A DNA stretch of 58,611 nucleotides, counting the filler, from Platydemus manokwari (taxonomy: Eukaryota): NCBI GenBank assembly GCA_037951405.1. It is 5 parts of 5 records of this genome, joined end to end, with 100 filler letters (N's around TTAATTAATTAA, not from the genome) between each part and the next. Parts side by side here need not be neighbours in the genome. Positions count along the whole stretch, not along the records: positions 45,595 to 58,611 come from JBBMOY011880277.1; 4 more parts are not named here. One strand, written 5' to 3'. Position numbers and translations under genes: made by a program. Below the pieces are notes generated by a model, which was not told the DNA's origin, did not search any database, and saw only the letters and a list, made by a program, of their open reading frames with translations. This document shows positions 48,401-58,611 of the stretch, piece after piece (position 1 is the stretch's first letter; each line of letters starts with the position of its first letter).

Positions 48401-51400
48401 ATATTAAATAAATTACAGTGCTAATTTATTTTTATTGGTGTTGAGGAAATTAAATAGCCTGTATGAAGAGAAATTTATCGGAAATCTATTCTTTTAATCT
48501 GAACTTATGATTTTTGTGTTGAAATTAGGAGACTGAGACTGTTGATGGATCGTCTCAATCAATAATATCGCTAATAACTGCTGCAATCGACAATGACAAT
48601 AGTAACCGAGATTTATATTTATCACACGAAATATATCCGGCATACCTATGTGACTTATCGCTGTACAATAAATGTTATTTCAGGTTGATATAAACACTCG
48701 AATTCGAATTATAATTAAAATAAGTCTTTAGAAAAACTAAAACTTTCGAAATAAAGCAGCGAAGGAACTTTTCCAAATAGACAGCACATCACTAAGGTGA
48801 GCCATGGAAATTCGAATGTTAGCTAGAGAAGATCATAAAAATGGTATTTTAATGGTATTATACGCAATGAATAAAAATTAGCAAATTATTTAAGCTAAAT
48901 TATTTAGATTTAAGTGCAATGACAAATAAATGGATGCTAAAATTGATTACGTAATTACATTGGGATAATTTTAGAGCAAATCACTACTCGATTTTTTCCA
49001 GGCATGAAAATAAAAGATCCAAAGTACCACACGCAATTCTAATAAGATTTTCCAATCTGTTCTTTTTAAAGTAAGATTTCTCGATCAAGTTTTATTCTAA
49101 AGAATTAATCTCTTATTGTGTGTGCCTACTCTAAATGTGGCATTCTATTATGAACTCTCACACAACACCAACTGTTATTAACATCTTGACATGCGATTTT
49201 TCTCACATTTTATCCGATTTTCTTTGATCTAAATTAAATTTAACGCACGATGATTGGAATTTTCAGTTTTATTATTTTGTATTTCATTCTGTTGGGTACA
49301 TACCCCATCCCTAACAAGATAATAATAATTACGTAAAATTTGTTTGAAGTTTTCATGATTAATTTAAGTTAAAAATAGAATAAAATCGAAAAATTGAATT
49401 AAATAAATCTATAAATAGATCATATAGAACAAAGTAACTTAAAACAGTGAAGGTGAAAAATAATTAGTCAAAAAATACCATTAAACAAAAATAAAAATAG
49501 AAAACAATAAATAGAAATATTAAATAAGGAAACCCAGATTGGTACAAAAATAAAAATAAAACCATGGGAAACGCGCATAAGTTAAAAATGGACTAATTTC
49601 ATATTTCAAAGTTCACATTTATCGGAACACCTCATTATTTTAAACACCACTGTAAATTATTGATGGACTGAAAATATTCACTATTAGATTACTGACAAAG
49701 ATTAGATGACTAATAAACATTAGTGGAACGTACGTACAATCGATTCTTTATACCAAATAGCAATTTTATTCCATATTAACGTGTTATTTTATTTATAGTT
49801 TTTAATGATAAATGTTATTGGTGGGTTCACTAGCTCTCCTAACTTGTTGAAATCTCAATTGAAATGATGTGAAAATTAAATGATCATGAACAATATTTAA
49901 TAAGTACATCTGACTTCAAAAGGTGTATGTACATTATGAACAGGATATCAGGTTAAATTATCGATCAATAATAAGATAAATGATTTGATTTAAATAACCG
50001 AATTATTACCACACTAGGTACAATCGATAAAATATAATATGGTTCTAATTAAATTGTGATACAATAGGATTAAAATAGTTAAGATTTTAGACAAATAAAC
50101 CGGGTGGGTGATTTTCTTTAATTAAAATTTTATTGTTCGGTTCTATATAGGTAAAACTAATTAATTTTAGACGTCTCTTATGGTCATGCCCGTAAGAGTA
50201 CTGCTAAAAGATTTTGTCACTGGTTAAGTCTTATGACATCTTAACTGCAGCTATTTAAGAAATTCTTTTTAAATTAAGATTTTAATTGTTTAATAAGATT
50301 CTAATTGAATGAGATTCAAGATAGAATTCGTATGATGTAAAATAATTTAAAATTTTGATTTTAATCCTGAATAAAATTTCTCGGTAAATGGGATGATAAA
50401 TTCTTTTTCGGTCATTTCGATTGAGTTTTGGATATAATCAATAATTCTTGTAAAGTTTCTGTTGGGGTGATTGAAGAATAGCTTTAATGTTTAATTTGCA
50501 CTGAGAATAAGAATATAGAGTTTCAAAGCTTGGAGGTAAAAAATACTTTTTCTTTAAACCCTGTTACTATATATATATCTTTAATGCAGTATTTTCGAAC
50601 GTTTTAGTTTATATCTCCCTTAATAGATTCATCTAAATATTTTCAATATTTTGGAATCAATAATCAAATTTTATTGATTTTCTTGAATATCATTTAATGA
50701 TAAAATGTAATAAAATATTTTTTCGAATGACTAAATTTAAAAATATCAGAATCATAAATAAGAAATTCCTAATTAAATACAAACTTAATCCTTAATTAGT
50801 ATGAATTTATTAAACTTTTAGTTGGTGGTTTTTATTTATTTTGATAGTTTTAAGTATATTAAACAGATTAAGAAACTCAATGGAGTGAAATATGCATTCA
50901 AGTTTTAAAATGTATTTTCGGTTTGATAAATTTCAATCACGGAATTAACAAGAATTTTGTGAACTGAATTTTATCAGAAATCGATCCTTTTCAAACCTAA
51001 ACAAAATCTGATGTCGTAAAGATTTCTGATTATGATTGATTTATCTTGTTGATCGAGATCTTATTCCATATTTGTACAATTTTCATCTCAGTGACCCAAG
51101 TGACTTTCACATATATTATAGACATACGATCTTATATTTTGGCGACAGTCAAGCAGTGCTAATCGATGTACCCTGAGTTATTTGCGGAAATCAATTTAAC
51201 TATTTATTGATTCATATAAGTGTAATACATAATATTATTAAGAGATTCTACTAAGCAATAGTTTCTAGGTTACCGTGGAATTGAATTTTTGCAAATCTCT
51301 CCTTATCTCTGTGAAATTGTCAGCCTAGTTCCCTTTTTTATAAATTCAATATTATAAAACCACAAAAAATGTTTTTAAAAATCCTATTTCTGTGAGCCTT

Positions 51401-51618
51401 AGCCAATACCTCGTGAGATAATGTTGAAATTGGAAATTATCGAGATCATTTTTGAAAATATGAAAAATTTATATATCATTTTAATATATTTAATGAAAAA
51501 GATAGTAACATTAATACTTTTTTATAAATTGCTACTAAAAGTTAAAAAAATTTGGTGTGGGTTAGTTTGGGGGCGCTAAGTAATATTTATTCTGAAGAGG
51601 AAGCGGTACGCCCGAAAT

Positions 51619-51633
51619 GTTTGGGAATCACTG
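51619..51633 (-). mobile_element. hAT-like terminal inverted repeat remnant
   Basis: Reverse complement CAGTGATTCCCAAAC resembles hAT (Charlie-type) termini; no partner end was identified. Confidence 0.35.
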
Positions 51634-51749
51634 CTGTAGGAGATAAAATTTCTTTCTGGAAAAGTTTTTAAATAAGTTATCAATTTTAAGTAAGCAGATA
51701 TCACAAATTCATTTATATTTCAGGACAGTATTTTTACAAGCTTGTTTCT

Positions 51750-52960
51750 ACCAACATCATTAAAGAATCCATGGTTAGTGTTAATAGCGTCCTTAATATA
51801 TCACGATAAAAATTGTGGTGTTTGCATTTATGATGAATAATTTTATTGATGACCTTTTATAGTGGTCGTGGAGCATTTGAGGTCTTCAGTCGGTATGAAA
51901 AATTGAACATAATTGGAATTCTTTGCAATTGTCAACAGGTTCATCAAAAGCTATCATAACGGAATATCCTTTGATCTTTTGTAGTTTTTTTACCACGACA
52001 GTTTTATTAAGTAAAATAAGTCATTAAAATCAAACTTGGAGAGAAAATCCTGATAACAACTGTTACTATGTTCTACAAGTTCTAATCGATTCTTTCGATT
52101 ATTTTATTATTGATCTTTAGTAGAAGAATTTCTTCTGAAACAAAAACCGATATTTATCAATTCGATCGATTTTTCGAGTCTTTTCTCGATATTTCTTTTA
52201 AGAGATTGCGATAACTCATTTGCAATATTGATCATAATTCCATTAGGATTTTCTAAATTTTGCCTTGAATATCTCGACTCCAAGGTATTTTGTGGTGTTT
52301 AATTCAAAATTTATTCTGCTCGCATATCAAAATAAAGTCACAATTTCTGAAATTAATTTCAGGATTGACCAAAAACCTTTCCGACTCTGAGTCTGAAGCC
52401 CTTCTCATATAAAGAAGAGTTTCGGGTATTAAATTCCAACGAATTTTTTAAAATTATCTCAATAGCCTTTATTAATTCTTAGCTCATTCATGTTATGATT
52501 TCGGAGAGAAGTTTGTTATTGCTTCTCGATAATTAAAACAAAACAATTCCTTGGTTCTGCAACGCGATTCAACAAATTATCTAATTAATAAAATCAATAT
52601 ATGGAAAAACTTTCTAAAATTAATAATTTTTTACAGCCTCGAGCATTCGTTACCATTGTACAAATCAAACTTCATCGACAGCACATCAGACAGTTCGAGT
52701 GAGCTGATATTAAAACAATGCTCGATAAGTTATGAATATTTATTGAACAAATCACAGTGATAAAACATTCACCGATTTTCGGCTTAAATAATCTTCAAGC
52801 AAGTAAAATATTTCTTTAATGAATTCCCAGTTCAGATATAAACTCGAATGACCACCAATCACAAGTTCCTACAATCGCATATATACGCAATGGCCTCAGA
52901 AATTGGAATGAATTTCCATTATTTGATTCATGTAGTGGTCACGTGATTCAATCACCGTTA
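51750..52960 (-). mobile_element. Possible highly decayed DNA transposase (Mutator-like)
   Basis: Coding-like composition with a frameshifted G.CF.H-like motif near 52765 and a KFVG..YPKLFFI segment; weak support. Confidence 0.25.
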
Positions 52961-55739
52961 TACTTGCTCACATGTACAATTAATGACGACTGGCATGACG
53001 AATTGCTCATGCACGACTAATTCCGCAAGACATTTTTTCATTATTCACTTTCCAATAACACTCACGAGTTGCACGTGAATTGAACCTCAGGTAGGAAATT
53101 AAATTTTCTCGGAAAACATTTATTTTTAACAATGAAAACTATTGATTAGTATAGATGCGTCCTGATATAAATCTTATTTGATATTTAAGACAAGTTGTAA
53201 CAAACAAAGATTCCAGGTATTTCTTTGAATATGATAATCAATGTTTGCAAAGCAACTTATCAATTATAAGCTTGAATCAATTGATGATTGGTCGAATATG
53301 ATTGGTTGCAGTTCATGATATTGAGTAATGAAATAGTAACCAATCAATTATTATCATTTTATAGATAAAATTTATCTCGTTTTAAGCTTTAAGGCAAAGT
53401 CCTATTCCAATTTCGATATTTTTTAGTTCGATAAGTCAAAATTCTTAAGACTAATGTGTTGATCTATATCGCATTTCAATTATACCGCCGCTTTATTATT
53501 TCCTTACTGAAAATCAATATTTTTATCGATGGAGCTCACGAAATTAATAGTTTAAATTTGAGCTTTTATAAAAATATTGAATACGGTATGTGCCCTATGT
53601 TCTAAAAAATCGATCATTTGATGTTTACGGGTTCGTAACCTTTTGTTTATGTTCTTAATAACAGATTATCATTATTCATTAACAATAAAATATATCATTT
53701 AATAGGTTCGAGAGTTTTCTTGTTGAACCATTGATAGTATAAAAAGTGGTCTAGATAACGAGCACACTTAATCGGGTGTGATGTATAATCCAATATCTTA
53801 TGAATGATCCCTAGGCGATTAGAAATCTAGACTTCATTATTCAGATTGCATATACTTTGATTTCATGTTAGCAAGTGCCTTACAATCCTTAACTTTCACT
53901 TGAAAGGTTCAATATCCCAGCAATCTGTCTAATATAAAATTTTGAAAGGACCTTCAAATTCGTTAAAACGCAAGGAAAAATCTGCAGGTTAAATCATTAA
54001 CACTGACAGAATACAGTAATATAAGTTTTTGAAAACAGCTAGTAGTTACCAGAGCTCAAATATTAAATATATTAGTAATCACTTCTTATATTTTTGGTAC
54101 ACTTTAACAAAAACGTCCAAAATTTACGACTTATGCTTGGTAGAATTAATAATTCTTATTACATGTACCTGTTTTCGAAACATATTTCTGTTATAAACCC
54201 AAGCACATGACCATATTAAGCACGTAATTGCATCTACATTAGGTTCTCGTATGTGAATTTTAGTAGGATTTTATTGAGTGTGAGTAGAAAAATTGTCAAA
54301 ACAACTTGCCGGTGTAAAATATAGTTTGAATTTTATGGATGAGATCCATTTGTTAAAATATACTGACATCAAACATCTCTTGATTGGTAACCATGGTTTC
54401 CAAACATTTTGTGAAAAATTTTGATTAGATATTCCGAGATTTAAAGCGAAATGATAAAGATTTAATTTCATCAATCGCTCTTGATAATCCAGGAAACCGG
54501 AATGGAAGGTAGAAATATAATTTTTCACAAGATATGGCTTCAAAAGGTCATCAAACACGTACTTATTTTAAAAATGATTGAAGTGAAAAAATGGGCTAAA
54601 GTTAAGAAAAGAGATCCTAAAATAAAATTTTTAATTTGTTGAGTGTGTTGCAAAAATCTATATAGTTTATTTAATTATATTCTTTAAAATAATTTTGAAT
54701 TTTTCATTTAAGCACTTAAGATAAGAGTCTTTAGCTGTTTGAAATAAAATATTAAATACACTAGAGCTTCAAAATCTCCTAAAATTGGATTATTCGAAAG
54801 ACATCAAATTAGGTTGAATTGCAATTTATTGAAAATTAACGAAGACCCTTTATTTTAACATTAGAAGCACATTGATCGATGCTACACATTTTTACAATTA
54901 TTTTATGAAAATAAGCATTGATATTAAGCATGTCTGTAATTAACTAGATCGATTTACAACTAAAAAATTAAATTTAAAAACTCAAATAATCATACAGAAG
55001 TGTTGTGATTAAAATAGGAACTTGGTTTTAAAACTATATTTTGTCGCTATTGGAGATCCTAACTGAATTTTACGAATAAATCAAACATCGCAAACATATA
55101 TAAAATTAAGTTATAAAATCATTTCATGTGCATAAATTAATTATTGCAAAAGTAGGTCAAAGGTCAAATTTTCTTAACTTGAGCCAAAAACTGTATTTTT
55201 ACATGATTTAAACACCCTTCAATTTATGACCTATTTCTTTATTAACCGATAGATAGAACCAATTCATTGCATTAAATAAAACAGAATGTATTAAATTTGA
55301 TAAACTTTATTTCCATGACAAATTTATGAAACAAAATAAATAATAATAATTATTATTATAAGGAAGTATTTTAATACATATAGATATTGTACATATAAAA
55401 GCTAATTTATTTTCTTCTTTAAACTGTAGCTGCTCGAAAACATTCACTGATTTTACATAGGAAAAGCAATAAAATTACTTAAAGCATTTATTTGATATTT
55501 TAACTGATATAGCTTGCTTTCATACTAATTTGACCTTTATGGGAAAGAAACGTGAAGACAAAATTGTGTAAAAATTCAAGATTTATATTTGTCGAGATAA
55601 AAAACCATGCATTATATAGCATTTAGTTTAACTTGATTATCAGATTTTTGAAAAAATATTTTTTAATTAAATATGATATTAAGATATTCTGATCAAAAAT
55701 CCTGTCGTGTTTCCAAGAAATAAAATTGAAATGAATGTT

Positions 55740-57620
55740 TTCCTACAGAATTGTATACTCAAGGATACCATGAGGAATATTTTAATGACTACAAGTGATT
55801 AATTTTATTGCCTGGTTGAGCTTTATTCATAAATTGTGTACTAAGCATTGTGAAATTAGTTTTACAGCATTACTTAATGGATAATATTGTCGAACTAGCA
55901 ACGTTCAAAATCGGGAGCGAACGGTTCGCAAATTTCGAGATAAGGTTCTGCTGTCTAGTTGAGGCAGTAATGAATTCCATATTGAAGCAGGATTCCGTCT
56001 TGAAAAATATCATCGGAAAGAGAACACGATCGACTGGGTCAAGAGAAGCTCTTACCACTGAAACCAGAAATATTATATCGGAAGTTAGAAGTATTGTGTA
56101 GGTCATCGATAAGCGAAAACAAAGTGTGCAAATTATGTATAAAAAGTGGATACTTCAGAAGCCAGTGCTCCTTAAGAGGTACAAGTATTTGATATGCGGA
56201 CAAAAACTCCATCATTTCTAATGGTTCGATTAAATAATATAAGGTACCAGACACAGAGCAAAAGGTAGAATTTTATGTATTCAGGATATGATCGAGGAGC
56301 AATTGGTTCAATCAAAGACCCAATGACGCACAAGCTAAAAGACTGCTAGAAGAGTGCTTAGAATTTACTGCTAGTCATCGCTGGAAAAAAGAACAGATAG
56401 ATTCGGATGTATGTGGATTAATGAATTCTCAATGGTGTGTCAAAAAAATTAAATTTCCGTATGCCCGATACGCATCAACTTCCAGACTGTTTTGTGGATG
56501 CTAAATATATCACATCGATAGATTTGGGACAGGCTTATTACCGAGTTGAACTCAGTTTATGGTCTTCAGATTTTTCACACAAGAACCAGCCAGTACTATT
56601 TAAATCAATTCCCACTCGAACTAACTACTTATCAGCAACTTTTCAAAAGTTTTTGGATGGATTGATCTTTAAGAGCGCTTTGGTATATGTAAACAATGTA
56701 CTGATATACTAAAACCTGAGAAAGCCATTCTTAGACGAATCAATGAATAGGGGCTGAAAGTGAATCCAGTGAAATAAACGCTTATCACAGATATAGTGAG
56801 GTCTTTGAGTCACGCGGTCGGTGCCAAGTACATGCAGACTAATCCCAATAAAATGGAACAGATATGAGATGGCCTAGTATCACAATATACGATCATTTTT
56901 AAGTCTGACAAATTATTATAGGATATTTATTAAGGATTATGCAGTAATAGCCGTTCCATTATACTCAGTGAGTACGGTTGGATATAAGGAATTACAATGA
57001 TCATGATCGTGTCAAACAAGTTTTTTGAAGCTAAATTCGGCAAATTTCGAAGCATTAATTCTGGATTATCCAAGAGTAAACAGGATATTTGTACAAAATG
57101 CGGACTCAAGTTTTGATAACATTGTGGCAGTTCTAAGCCAAGTTACCAAGCAGGGAACAGAAATACTTATGGCCCCGGGTCTTGAACATTCATTAGTCAC
57201 GAGAAAGGATACTGTGTTACTAGGAAGATCTGCTGGTTATCCACGAGTATATTATTTACCTTGGATAACACCTGTACCGGAAGACATTCACCTCAATGAC
57301 CGATCACAAGGTCATTGTCTTCTTGAACTAGACACACAAACCCACCAGACCTCAATTTCAGACGTGGATAGTGACCAATTTAGGAAATGGAAAAGAAGAA
57401 AATCATAACAATGCGTATAGATTGTCTATGCTCTAGTGCAAGACGAGACACAAATGAGCAAAATCTAAAAATAGATATTTAGCCTAAATACAAATAAAAT
57501 TGGAGATAATGCAAGAAATCCATGAAGCAACATAAGGATACATAAATAGTGGAGACAATCAGATTTTTAAATGGTGAAAAGTTCGATTTTCCTTAATAAA
57601 TCCTACGAATGTTAATATAA
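55740..57620 (+). mobile_element. Decayed Ty3/Gypsy gag-pol
   Basis: Gag knuckle remnant CKLCIKSGYFRSQC (~56126-56169); RT PDTHQLPDCFVDAKYITSIDLGQAYYRV...ATFQKFLD..LVYVNNVLIY; RNase H LILDYP...NADSS...AVLSQ...YCVTRK...TDHK. Confidence 0.85.
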
Positions 57621-57621
57621 A

Positions 57622-57827
57622 NNNNNNNNNNNNNNNNNNNNNNNNNNNNNNNNNNNNNNNNNNNNNNNNNNNNNNNNNNNNNNNNNNNNNNNNNNNNNNN
57701 NNNNNNNNNNNNNNNNNNNNNNNNNNNNNNNNNNNNNNNNNNNNNNNNNNNNNNNNNNNNNNNNNNNNNNNNNNNNNNNNNNNNNNNNNNNNNNNNNNNN
57801 NNNNNNNNNNNNNNNNNNNNNNNNNNN
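57622..57827. other. Scaffold gap without linker
   Basis: Run of N. Confidence 0.95.
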
Positions 57828-58611
57828 TTCGATTCTTTCGAACCACAGCATAATTTACCTGTCGATTAATAAATGTCAAAACTTCTAAAACCAACGAGAA
57901 AAAGTTTTATGAAATTTTTTTTGGAATCTAAAATTAAAATCTATATTTTAGAAGAAAATATAAAGACGATACTTTGAAGAATTTTTTTCTATAAACATTG
58001 AAACTGTGTTAAGATCTGTAGGAAAATAATTTCTTCCTTTATATTCATTAATCTGTGAGATTATTAATAAGAAAATCTTAGCTTCCAAATAGTATCAAAA
58101 TATTTTGAAAATAGATAGAATTAATTACATGCCAACTAGATTGAGTTAATTCAAAGATTTAAAATTTTATTCAATCTACGCAACATTATTTTAAGATTTT
58201 CAGTTCGATTTAATTTCATGCACAAAAAGTTTAAATTTGCAAAAGAACTTCTTGTTTAAAATAATGAAATTTTTATTTTGTAATTATATTTTTATGGCTT
58301 AAGTTAAGAAAAAGGGTCCTTTGACCCAATTTTAAAGTAATGACTTTTCTTGATTTATTTGATATTAAAATTTGAGATCTATGTATCCAAACTATTAAAT
58401 AGATATTAATATACTCATTTTGAGAGAAAACACAAGTACCTTGTTCCTGGCACTTCTCAATAATTTCGAAGTCAATTATATAAAATAACTCTAAAAAATT
58501 AAGATATCATTCCAATTGCTTCTAATGTTAAAAAAAGGGGTCCTCACTAATTTTCAATTAATTGCATTTTGACCTACTTTGACCCGTTTTTCAAATAATT
58601 AATTTTTAGGA

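Noticed and set aside
57559-57894. ORFs containing X runs (also 22389-22589)
   Set aside because: They span N gaps and are artefacts.
55149-58585. Inverted aagtaggtcaaa / tttgacctactt pair as transposon TIRs around the Gypsy remnant
   Set aside because: Only 12 bp, no TSD, spans a gap, and similar motifs recur internally.
1-58611. CRISPR arrays, tRNA/rRNA genes, spliced-leader gene, telomerase template
   Set aside because: No repeat-spacer array or recognisable RNA gene motif seen; the sequence is eukaryotic.

Overview
AT-rich eukaryotic genomic DNA with very short (~43-63 nt) GT-AG introns; the intron size, base composition and transposon types suggest a flatworm (planarian-like) genome, which is an inference. 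The window is six sequence blocks separated by five N-gaps. Four gaps carry an artificial TTAATTAATTAA linker, so adjacency across gaps is unproven. Host genes: two divergently oriented GT32-type (DXD) glycosyltransferase paralogs, each with a 5-codon first exon missed by the ORF track; the 3' six exons of a furin/kexin-like proprotein convertase; and a signal-peptide gene built from tandemly duplicating fibronectin type III exon pairs. Mobile DNA: two decayed RLE-type non-LTR retrotransposons (NeSL/R2 group), each with two tandem Ulp1-like protease modules; three Gypsy remnants; and two unannotated Polinton/adintovirus-like remnants (penton, adenain-like protease, pPolB motif). The most unusual element is a ~220-nt structured sequence in a furin intron containing a sense-strand type I hammerhead-like fold with a flipped U15.1-A16.1 pair. 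All translations, alignments and folds were done by eye.
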